Positions 37,721-46,728 of a stretch of 48,178 bases of DNA are shown one piece after another. The notes below the pieces were generated by a model. That model searched no databases, had not been told where the DNA came from, and worked only from the letters and a program-made list of their open reading frames with translations. The DNA is taken from IMG/VR virus record IMGVR_UViG_3300006143_000285; one strand, given 5' to 3'. Within the stretch, counting starts at the first letter, position 1. Every line of letters begins with the position of its first letter. This stretch comes from a virus. Its lineage: Duplodnaviria > Heunggongvirae > Uroviricota > Caudoviricetes. The position numbers and the translations under genes were made by a program.

Positions 37721-40700
37721 TCAAAATGCGACAACTGCACGAACCCGGCTACTGCCGTACTTGCTGCCGCCGTACGTGCTGCCATCCGAGAAGTAGACGT
37801 ACCATGCGTAGTAGCGACTGAGCTCAGATGCGCTCCAGTACCAAGTGTTCGTGAATGCTGTAAAAACTCCATCCACTCGTCCCTGAGCGAAGATCGCGCC
37901 TTCATCGCCAACTTCGTAACCACAGCGATGGAACCAGCACAAACGAGCTAAGTCGCCTTCACAGGGTAATGACCACTTACCGGCTAAGAATAGTGGAGAA
38001 AGCTCCTCGTCGGTTTTAACCGCAGGCTGATAACTGTGACAAAGTGAAGCCGCTGGGTAATAAAATTGACGGTATTTTGCAGCACCCAAATCGTTAACAA
38101 TATTTAACATCAACTGATTAAGGTGCTCCATTTCAGTCATTTTGTCACCCACATAAGGCACTGGAAGGTTCACCGCAGAGTCATTCAATATGATGTTGCG
38201 GTGCTCAATAATTTGTAAAGTTTTCAATAAACTTTTTGAAATTATTTCACCCTCCTTATACCCAGCGATAGGAGATCGAAGCTCTTGAAAGCCCATATCG
38301 CCCATTGCTGTAGTAGGACTCATTATCTTAAATCCATCTTCATCACCGTATTCTTCATCGCGAAATGTTTCAGCTGTGATATACGCATTATCCTTACCAT
38401 CCAATGTCGTTAAGCCACGACTGGTGATATTTTGAATTGTAGGTATGTCATAAACATCATAATTCAATGTATCGTCCAGTTCTATATCTCGAATATTGTA
38501 ATTCAAGTCATTTGCGCTACCTTCTATCCAGTTCTGATCAGTGGTTGTATTGTTGAAATACAATCCCCACTGAATACCAGTTGACACATCTGATAATGCA
38601 ACGGCCAAACGGTTTTGCGGATTTTTCCTGTCAATATAGAAGCAAATACCTACTACTGTCTTAGAACGATCCAGCACATTAGAGTATGAACCGTCAGCAA
38701 ATACATAATCACCTAATTTACAAGACCTATGATAGAAACCTACGGTCACAGTATCAGAAACCTCTGTTCCATCTGTCAAAGTAACGGTCACTGTGATTTG
38801 AGCGATGGGCTCTTGCTCCTCAGTGCCAACTTTCGTAACTGTAACTATACCAGTCTTGGAGTCAATTGTAGCATAACCATTATTTGTCATCGCCCAACGA
38901 ATTGCTGAGAATTTGTTGGCATTATTGGAATTTGGCTGTACCTTCAATTGATAAGTGCCTGTCTTATCGAAGTATTTCTGACCGACAACGCTAACATTCT
39001 GTAAAGGACGCTGAGTGTATTTCAGCCGTAGCTTGTTGTTTTCTTTATCAACATCGCCCCATTTTGCCAAAATCTTTTGTTTCATCTCAAAAGTCAAGTT
39101 ATGGCTTGAGTTGATTTCAATATAGCCTTCCAAATCAGAATCTATATCCACCAGTTTCATCAAGTTGTTGATAGAGAAGTTGGTCCAGTTAATGTTGTCA
39201 ATCTTGCAACTGCTTAACTGAGAACCATCCTCAGTCAACAAACTGGTTATCAGTTGCTGGCTGTTCAGATTTGGACAATTATGGAACGTCAGAGTCTGAA
39301 TATGCGCAACTCCTTCAATCTCAAAATTTTCAGTATCGAGATTGGTGTAATTTTCCATTGATAAGGCAGTCAATGTTGCAGGCAAAGACAATTTGGTAAT
39401 CTTAGTCGGATCGCCAACCATAAACTGTGTGATAGAAGTCCCCCAAGCATCTAATGACTCTAAGCGTGTTTGTGCAGAGAAATCCAAAGCACCGGTTACA
39501 GAAACTCGATTCCGCAAATCAATCTTACGCAACATTGGTGCAGTGGCAGTAACTTTGGGAGGTCTAAATTCTGCTGGCATAGCAGAGGCGACAAATTCTG
39601 TCAATCGTTCACCGGCTATACCAAAGGCCTCACCCTGAAGCGGTTTATTACCAAATTCACCAATATTGGTGTAGTAGTCAATGCCATGTAGCTGAATGTT
39701 GGTATTGCCATCAGAAGGAATACCGGCAAGCCTAAAGACCTCGCCAGCCTTAACACGAACAGGACGCGAATTTCCTGTACCAAAGTATGTTGACGAACCT
39801 GAGCTTGCTGCCGGATAGAGCCACAATGCTGGAGTCAGATCGAAATCGTATGTTGGGTTTTCGCCACTCAACATCTTTACAGAACGGAATGTCAACGAGC
39901 CTTGTCCATTCATCGAGAATTGTCCGTAGGAAGCATACGATGAAATATAGATTAGACGTTGACGCATCCATTCCAGCTCATTCTCCAACTGAGAGCCGAG
40001 TGACTGGGCAAGCGGATGAACTGAAGCCACATATTTGCCCTGTTGCCATGCAATAGCTGCTGTCTCGTAACGAATTCGAGCTGTCTCATTGTATGCTACA
40101 GCTGGAATTGAACGAGCAATGCGGTAGTAATAGTTCTCCATGAATTGCATCAATGGGTCACTATTCGCCTCCATAATTGCGCCTTGCTGAGAGGCCAATG
40201 ATGCCATCGCTGTCAGTATCGAGCGCATCATTGAGCGCATTTCATCAGGGAAAGCCAACTCAAACAAGTCATACATAGCATTTTCTTCACCATTCCAGTA
40301 AGGCATATTGTCTGCGTTACGGTCGTGTGTTTCAATGTAGTACGGTTTGTTCAAACGCCCCTCATTATCTGTTTTCTTGATGGAGTCAAGGTCATCTTGG
40401 GCAAAGTGGATGACAATGCGGCCCTCGTAATAATCCAAATACAAGTATGTATTTTTAGCTCGGTTGTCAGTTGCCGCAATCAAGAGCACAAAGCATAGAT
40501 GATATAGAGCATCGTCACGCTTAAAATACAGATGAGCATTATTTCTGAATCGTTGCACACGAGCAGTCTTGAATTGCTCATTAACCGTTTCCCATACATT
40601 CGATACCGGAGTGACCCCCAAGTCAGTAACCATATTAAGTTTTGCATACTGACCATCGCCCAATTTGTTAACGCCAGCATCAACCCATTGCCCTGTCAAC

Positions 40701-43700
40701 ACATCATAACGGAATAGGTCATATTGCGCAGCTCCATCCCCAGACTGTGTTACCCAATAAAAATGCTGGTTATTAACTGACTGAGATTTTTGAAGTTCAG
40801 ACAGTTTGCCAACAAACGGATGGATATGAGGTGAATTCAGATATACAAAGTTGAAAGCACTGCGGAAATAGCTTACGTTATCGGCCGAACCGAGACAGAT
40901 TTCCCATTGTTTACCACCATTGAACATATAGATTTCACCATCTTCATCTGGCTGGATGTCATCATTCCAAGGGATGCGGTGATTGGTCAGAGGCTGACCG
41001 TTGTCGCAACCCTCAAGCATCAAATAATGGGGAAACTTATCCATATCACAGGCAAAAGTTGGCTTATCACCCTTACCCGGACCAAATGTGTAAAGCCCAA
41101 AAAACTCAGGCTCATTATCGCCAATTTTAACAAAGCCAAGGAATTCTTCCTGTTTGACCGATACTCGGCAATTTTCGTAACCCGGAGTGTTTGTCATAGT
41201 CGAGCCACCAGTGACTGCTTTCCACAAATCATTGAAAGCATTAACAGAGCCCATCTTGTGTGTTTGCTGAGAAGAGGCCCAGTTTGCCTTTGCCACAAGT
41301 TTAGCTGCTTCAGGATCGCCATCATTCAAAGCATAGACGCTTTTATGTTCGACTCCATGAATATCAACCCAAGTACCCTTGACTTTGCTTAATACTGCAT
41401 CGTCTTTATGGTTTTTGGTCTTGGGGTTCATTGCAATGTTCCAACCAAAATAGGTCATTGAAGACGTGCCCTGTCCAAGCAAGAACCAGTTATACAAAAA
41501 CTCATCCTTAAATCCATCAGCGGTTTTACGACCAATAATGGTTACAGGAGAAAGTATTTCGTATTTCTTAGTATCTCCATAAGCAGGGAGGTGAGCACCT
41601 TCGTCGATACACCAACAAATCGTTTGGTATTTCTCGTGAGCTTTTGCATAAGAAATCCGGCCATCATCACCCAGCAAATCATTTGCTTGACGGATAGCCA
41701 ATTTCTGCGACACACTCGCTTGCGATGCCATATAATTCTGAAGCACATCAGATGACGACAACGCAGTATGGTAGATACGAAGATTATAGATGTCTATGTC
41801 TGTACCTACAGACCCAAGGCGAATACCTTGCGATGTACGCACACCATCCACAAACTGCACAAATACATCGGATGTTTCCCATGTAAATTCACGAGAACAA
41901 GTACCATTTACAAATATTCGCACCATATTGACCGACGAGCCGTTGATGCCATACACAATATTGACCATCAGATGTGTACGCTTGTCTCGCAAGAAGCCTA
42001 CGTCCTGATCATCAACACTACGATTCGATTGAGTTAGGAAGCGTCCACTAATAGGAAGCAATTCAAAACCAAGAGGCTTTTCATCGGGCATATATGAACA
42101 CATTCTCAAAGCAGGCTTGTTCTCGTCCGTGACATTGCGACTTGCAAAATCTAACTCTATGGTTAGTGAGCGACGATTATCTGTACCAATGTAATCTTTG
42201 AAGGTTTCATAATCTATGTCGATAGATGTGCCAGAAGGGAGACGAAGACATTTGTTATTATCTTCATCGGTAATCCAGCCATCCGTAACAAGTCCGAAAT
42301 TCTTCCAAACCGATGGCACAATTTCACCAGTAACACTGTTGATAATAGACATCGGATTAACTTCGTCATTTGTACGAGAACGAGGGTTAATCGCCATCCC
42401 ATAGCCAGCTGTCGGAGCAAAGTTCTCAGTGTTATCCACTGAAAAGCCAATCATTTCGTGAATTTCGGTTTCGCCTGACAAGAAACGCATATAAGCATCA
42501 ATGCTCACTTCATCGGACTCAATTTCAATGACATTGATAAGTGCTCGGCGTTCATTAGGCGTAACTTCGCCAAGGTCAAGTGTCATATAATTTTCAGTTC
42601 CGGCATAATTCATCAAAGCAAGTTTCAATGGCAATGCCTGACCCGACGGATTATAAAGTGAGTATGTAAAAAGCTGTTCTGTAGTCCAGTTCGTGATGGA
42701 TTGCTTTAGATCATTGAGTAGCAACCTTGGTGTTGTATCAGCCGGATCTGTGACAATCATGTGCTGTGATGTTAGCGTCTCACTAACGACATCAGAATTA
42801 TTGACAGAAAGCCAAGCCTGAACAGTGTGTACCCCATGTGTGATGATTTTGTTAGGCTCATCATCTGTATCTGATATACTACACTGATAAGGTGTCTGGG
42901 TGTAAGTTGTCAAACCGAGAGGGAATTCTACTTTACGCTTTCCATCAATCAGTACATGAAGTGTTTTGGCAACCGCTCCATTGATATAGTACCCCAATCG
43001 CAATACTCCATCAGTCACTGGTTGCTCCCAAAGTGTTGAAAGCTGCAAGCCAAGAGTAGTCCTTGTAACCCAAAAGCTCAAATAGCGTGTGCTCAACTCA
43101 GTGGTTTCGCCTTTGACGATGATACGCACTTGTTGACGGCCACTTGCCATCATGGACGTAAGGTCTGCCTCAAACCACTTATCAGAATCACTGGGGATAT
43201 AAGGAATATTGATAGTTCCTTTGGTCGTCCATTGTGCCGATTCATTCAATCGAGTTTGCACAGTCATTACGCCACCTTCCTGAGTGTCGTTAGTCGATTG
43301 ATCAATTGGGTTGAATTCCTGTGATGTGAATTTGACATTCAGTTTCACCGTATTGTCAATCGTCACAATATCACCGCTTGTTTCACGCAATAGCGAAACA
43401 ATATAGCTGACAGCAGATGAGCCGCCACCGGTATCAGGCAGCGAAACATCTGACAATAGCAATTCTGCGTATGTGTCAGGGTCAGAATTCCAGTTGAGAT
43501 AGTCTTCTTCAGAGGCAAACCCATAAATGTGATAGCAGTTGTCCGCACCCTTTTCTTGAGAGCGTTTGAATACAGATGGCTTTTTCGAGAGTCCATCATT
43601 CAAATCAGAGGCTGCTTTCTCAAACTGGGCCTTGATGAAGTTTTCAATGTCTTCGATGTCATGGCACGTTCCCGCATCAGGGTCGCACCAAGGTTCATCC

Positions 43701-43744
43701 AAAGACTCAATTGTCTTCTTTACGACCTTTAGTTTCTTTGCCAT
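37721..43744 (-). CDS. DGR target: 2007-aa multidomain tail/adhesin protein (LamG-like, CotH-kinase-like, LRR, Ig-like, C-terminal CLec-type VR domain)
   Basis: C-terminus WSLPCEGDL...YWSASE...AWYVYF...RVRAVVAF carries the VR; internal motifs as described in the findings. Confidence 0.88.
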   Translation of the reverse strand: MAKKLKVVKKTIESLDEPWCDPDAGTCHDIEDIENFIKAQFEKAASDLNDGLSKKPSVFKRSQEKGADNCYHIYGFASEEDYLNWNSDPDTYAELLLSDVSLPDTGGGSSAVSYIVSLLRETSGDIVTIDNTVKLNVKFTSQEFNPIDQSTNDTQEGGVMTVQTRLNESAQWTTKGTINIPYIPSDSDKWFEADLTSMMASGRQQVRIIVKGETTELSTRYLSFWVTRTTLGLQLSTLWEQPVTDGVLRLGYYINGAVAKTLHVLIDGKRKVEFPLGLTTYTQTPYQCSISDTDDEPNKIITHGVHTVQAWLSVNNSDVVSETLTSQHMIVTDPADTTPRLLLNDLKQSITNWTTEQLFTYSLYNPSGQALPLKLALMNYAGTENYMTLDLGEVTPNERRALINVIEIESDEVSIDAYMRFLSGETEIHEMIGFSVDNTENFAPTAGYGMAINPRSRTNDEVNPMSIINSVTGEIVPSVWKNFGLVTDGWITDEDNNKCLRLPSGTSIDIDYETFKDYIGTDNRRSLTIELDFASRNVTDENKPALRMCSYMPDEKPLGFELLPISGRFLTQSNRSVDDQDVGFLRDKRTHLMVNIVYGINGSSVNMVRIFVNGTCSREFTWETSDVFVQFVDGVRTSQGIRLGSVGTDIDIYNLRIYHTALSSSDVLQNYMASQASVSQKLAIRQANDLLGDDGRISYAKAHEKYQTICWCIDEGAHLPAYGDTKKYEILSPVTIIGRKTADGFKDEFLYNWFLLGQGTSSMTYFGWNIAMNPKTKNHKDDAVLSKVKGTWVDIHGVEHKSVYALNDGDPEAAKLVAKANWASSQQTHKMGSVNAFNDLWKAVTGGSTMTNTPGYENCRVSVKQEEFLGFVKIGDNEPEFFGLYTFGPGKGDKPTFACDMDKFPHYLMLEGCDNGQPLTNHRIPWNDDIQPDEDGEIYMFNGGKQWEICLGSADNVSYFRSAFNFVYLNSPHIHPFVGKLSELQKSQSVNNQHFYWVTQSGDGAAQYDLFRYDVLTGQWVDAGVNKLGDGQYAKLNMVTDLGVTPVSNVWETVNEQFKTARVQRFRNNAHLYFKRDDALYHLCFVLLIAATDNRAKNTYLYLDYYEGRIVIHFAQDDLDSIKKTDNEGRLNKPYYIETHDRNADNMPYWNGEENAMYDLFELAFPDEMRSMMRSILTAMASLASQQGAIMEANSDPLMQFMENYYYRIARSIPAVAYNETARIRYETAAIAWQQGKYVASVHPLAQSLGSQLENELEWMRQRLIYISSYASYGQFSMNGQGSLTFRSVKMLSGENPTYDFDLTPALWLYPAASSGSSTYFGTGNSRPVRVKAGEVFRLAGIPSDGNTNIQLHGIDYYTNIGEFGNKPLQGEAFGIAGERLTEFVASAMPAEFRPPKVTATAPMLRKIDLRNRVSVTGALDFSAQTRLESLDAWGTSITQFMVGDPTKITKLSLPATLTALSMENYTNLDTENFEIEGVAHIQTLTFHNCPNLNSQQLITSLLTEDGSQLSSCKIDNINWTNFSINNLMKLVDIDSDLEGYIEINSSHNLTFEMKQKILAKWGDVDKENNKLRLKYTQRPLQNVSVVGQKYFDKTGTYQLKVQPNSNNANKFSAIRWAMTNNGYATIDSKTGIVTVTKVGTEEQEPIAQITVTVTLTDGTEVSDTVTVGFYHRSCKLGDYVFADGSYSNVLDRSKTVVGICFYIDRKNPQNRLAVALSDVSTGIQWGLYFNNTTTDQNWIEGSANDLNYNIRDIELDDTLNYDVYDIPTIQNITSRGLTTLDGKDNAYITAETFRDEEYGDEDGFKIMSPTTAMGDMGFQELRSPIAGYKEGEIISKSLLKTLQIIEHRNIILNDSAVNLPVPYVGDKMTEMEHLNQLMLNIVNDLGAAKYRQFYYPAASLCHSYQPAVKTDEELSPLFLAGKWSLPCEGDLARLCWFHRCGYEVGDEGAIFAQGRVDGVFTAFTNTWYWSASELSRYYAWYVYFSDGSTYGGSKYGSSRVRAVVAF
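37725..37834 (-). repeat. DGR variable repeat (VR) + IMH
   Basis: Aligns ungapped to the TR over 110 nt; the 3' GTTCGTGCAGTTGTCGCATT is invariant. Confidence 0.96.
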
Positions 43745-43758
43745 AAATGTGAATGTAG

Positions 43759-43962
43759 TTATTTATGTTTCTGAGACCAACCTATTCCATATTGCCAGCC
43801 ATGACCGTGTTGCCACCAACCACCGGCAATGCAGTTAGAAACAGCTTCCCACAAAAGAATGGCACCCTTCTTGATGCCATCTTTTGTTCCCATATAAATG
43901 GATGCAACGACAGTTGAGCCTATGTTTATTTGACTGGGATTTTTACTGCCAATTGGGAGCAT
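43759..43962 (-). CDS. Small structural-module protein
   Basis: 67 aa, coupled to the upstream ORF (shared base 43962); Trp/Gly-rich end. Confidence 0.6.
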   Translation of the reverse strand: MLPIGSKNPSQINIGSTVVASIYMGTKDGIKKGAILLWEAVSNCIAGGWWQHGHGWQYGIGWSQKHK

Positions 43963-44162
43963 TATTCTTCAGGGATATAGTAGATTTGGCCTTCAACTAT
44001 GCTCCCGTCAGCAATCATCTGTTCAAGAGCCTCTTCACTTGCCACAAGTTGTGGAGTATTTTTATTTACTTGTTCAAGCAGGGCATTAAACTCAGCGGCA
44101 CTTAATCTGCCATGTTTGGTAAGGCCCTGATTCTCTACTTTTGGTTCTATTGGTAATGCCAT
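43962..44162 (-). CDS. Small structural-module protein
   Basis: 66 aa; GRLSAAEFNALLEQVN...GQIYYIPEE. Confidence 0.6.
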   Translation of the reverse strand: MALPIEPKVENQGLTKHGRLSAAEFNALLEQVNKNTPQLVASEEALEQMIADGSIVEGQIYYIPEE

Positions 44163-44175
44163 TGCTCATACGCTT

Positions 44176-46728
44176 TTAAAAAATAATAGGGAAATCGTAA
44201 GGGAAACAGTTTCCGTTTTTCGTTAAAATTTCACAGATGTATGCTTCGGCACCAGAAATTTGTCCTGAAACTGTCAGTATCTTTGAGTTTCTATCAACAA
44301 TGACATTATTGGCATGACCGGTGTCAGACACCTCCTCAGTTATCCACCAGTTTTCCACTTCGTGCTCCAAATCTGGAAGCTGGTATTTATGCCATTGGTA
44401 AATGAAATGCTCATTAACAAACTCATCAGACAGAGGCTCCCCTTGGTAATAGACCTGAGCCGTCAATATCGTGTCAACATTGCCATTTCTGAATGAATTG
44501 CCTTTGGAAGAAGTAACTTCCACGGTATAACCATCCATCAAGTATTTGCGGATGGTTATAGTGTCTGTATATTCCTTATCCTGATATGTATCTACGACTT
44601 TAATGATCAGTTGGCTTTCCTTGTCGCCCCAATACGGATCATCTGGATATATGGTGAGAACTGTGTGGATGTCATTAAGACCTGAAGTAATTTCAATTTC
44701 CTGTCCATCAGAATAATAAAACCACTTACGGCCAGCAGCAACCTGATTCATACCAGTCTCCTCAATGGTTAGCTTTACGAAGTCTGGTGAATACAACACG
44801 CCCGCATCAGTGCTACCCATTACAGCAAAAGTGTCACCGCCTGTAATGCGCATGGTCTTATTTTCAAGATTATGCTTTGTGTCTTCGCCTAAGTTACCCC
44901 AATTCAAATGCACATTCGGGCCAAACAACACATTTCCAAATTCATCCCACTCAATACCATGATTGGCAAGATAACCGGAACCATCCTGATTGATTCTGAA
45001 TGAATGACTACGAGCTTCAATCGCACCTTCGCCATCTGCATTAAGTTTCAAAAGAGGGTTTTGGATAGTACCGCCAATACCACCGCGATTGAACCATGCA
45101 CCATAATCTTCGCACATGTGCGTAACAATTTCATCAGTTGGCTGATACTGGGTTGCATTGCGCCCCGACTCCAATTGTGGAGCCGTAAACAATAGGACAC
45201 GTTTCTCGGCAGAATCCGCACCGTCTCCAGTTAAAGGAGTAAATGCGACCGATACTGAAAGGATTACATCCTCATTGTCAGTATCTTGCAACTTAAATGT
45301 AACCTTTTGACGATGCCACCCAAGTATCTCTGAATGTGGTATTTGTACCGTACCGACGACCTTAGCATTTTGAAGTATGGTTAATTGCCCACCACATTTG
45401 CTGTAAGTCCAGAACGAGAATGTGTAGTCCGCACCAACCCTTACTACATCAGGCTGATACAACCAGTTGTAAAGTTGTGCTGTCAATGAAATTGACTGTG
45501 TGATAGCAAATACTTGACCAATGCCAGTAGGATTAACCGTTCCGTGCAACGTCAAAATATCGCCATCAGCTAAAGGCAATACATCAGCATCCGGCGCAAT
45601 AGAGTTGATAAATGCGTTCTTATGTATTTTGCCTGCATAGAAAGTCGCAGCAAACCCATTTTCATCACCAGCAGTCAATGTACCGGAAATATGAGCAGAC
45701 GTACTTGCAAAAAGTTTCTGAAAGTAACCGCCATAACTATCGAGCTTGCCAAAAACAGGATCTGAAATGCCATTGAGTTTTCCAACTCGAATCTGGCTCG
45801 CCTCTCCATAGTTAGCGACACTGGATAGCAAAATGGCGTTGAAGTCAGCCACATAAAATTCTTCATCTGACTGAATTTCGGTCAAATTAAAATTGATTGC
45901 TCTACGATGCCTACCAGAAAGGTCAACTGTGATTGGGAATAAATAGTAAGCCCAATTTTCAGTCAGCTTAACATCAACAGTACCATCAGTGCGTGATTCA
46001 TCTACATAAGCAAGATTTAGCTTAATAGTCCTTGCAGTCGATGCTTTAGCCCAAAAAGAGACCAATACCTGATTCGGGTTCTGCACATATTGACTGAAAA
46101 TCTGCTGAATGGAAGCACTACCACCAATTAATTTCTTGATGCGGCATATACGACTTCGATCATTTTCATTAGCAATATATTCTACCTCGCACTGATTAGC
46201 CTTGACAATATATTGACTCTGTGGATCATCAAACGCCCCATTGTTAATATTCTCCGGCCAAGTCAAGCTGCAATTTCGACCAATTCCGTCAATGACATCC
46301 ATATATGGACTCTCATCATCAGAAGCAGTAAGATACAACGCCCCTGAACGTGATTGGTCAAACAAGTTGGTGATTCTGACAAAATCCAATACTTCGCCGG
46401 GCATTGGAGCATCGCCCTCCAGCAGCATACCTATAAACCACGGTTGCTGCTTAGTAACCGTTTGAGTCTTATATTCAATAGGGTCATTGGAAATCAGCTC
46501 ATAGTTGCCATCAGCATCTACGACCGCTTCCTCAACATCAACATTATCGACCCCATATTCCAATACACACATCAGCGAGTAGATGACATTCTTGCCGTCA
46601 AAATATTGACGACGAACAATGTCACCAGTTTTCAACCCTTGTGTCTTTCCACCCTTACCATCAGGCTGTCCTTTTGCTGATTCAGGTTTTAACGATATTT
46701 TAAATTTTCGTGTCTTAGGTATAGACAT
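44176..46728 (-). CDS. Tail protein with carbohydrate-binding-like modules
   Basis: GDIVRRQYF motif, VSFWAKAS, APQLESGRNATQYQP, DGSGYLANHGIEW repeat shared with the 923-aa tail protein. Confidence 0.6.
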   Translation of the reverse strand: MSIPKTRKFKISLKPESAKGQPDGKGGKTQGLKTGDIVRRQYFDGKNVIYSLMCVLEYGVDNVDVEEAVVDADGNYELISNDPIEYKTQTVTKQQPWFIGMLLEGDAPMPGEVLDFVRITNLFDQSRSGALYLTASDDESPYMDVIDGIGRNCSLTWPENINNGAFDDPQSQYIVKANQCEVEYIANENDRSRICRIKKLIGGSASIQQIFSQYVQNPNQVLVSFWAKASTARTIKLNLAYVDESRTDGTVDVKLTENWAYYLFPITVDLSGRHRRAINFNLTEIQSDEEFYVADFNAILLSSVANYGEASQIRVGKLNGISDPVFGKLDSYGGYFQKLFASTSAHISGTLTAGDENGFAATFYAGKIHKNAFINSIAPDADVLPLADGDILTLHGTVNPTGIGQVFAITQSISLTAQLYNWLYQPDVVRVGADYTFSFWTYSKCGGQLTILQNAKVVGTVQIPHSEILGWHRQKVTFKLQDTDNEDVILSVSVAFTPLTGDGADSAEKRVLLFTAPQLESGRNATQYQPTDEIVTHMCEDYGAWFNRGGIGGTIQNPLLKLNADGEGAIEARSHSFRINQDGSGYLANHGIEWDEFGNVLFGPNVHLNWGNLGEDTKHNLENKTMRITGGDTFAVMGSTDAGVLYSPDFVKLTIEETGMNQVAAGRKWFYYSDGQEIEITSGLNDIHTVLTIYPDDPYWGDKESQLIIKVVDTYQDKEYTDTITIRKYLMDGYTVEVTSSKGNSFRNGNVDTILTAQVYYQGEPLSDEFVNEHFIYQWHKYQLPDLEHEVENWWITEEVSDTGHANNVIVDRNSKILTVSGQISGAEAYICEILTKNGNCFPYDFPIIF

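Noticed and set aside
44172-44189. Fourth copy of the CTATT...ATAAAC motif
   Set aside because: CTATTATTTTTTAAAAG has different spacing and is explained by the last codons (PIIF-stop) of the upstream gene.
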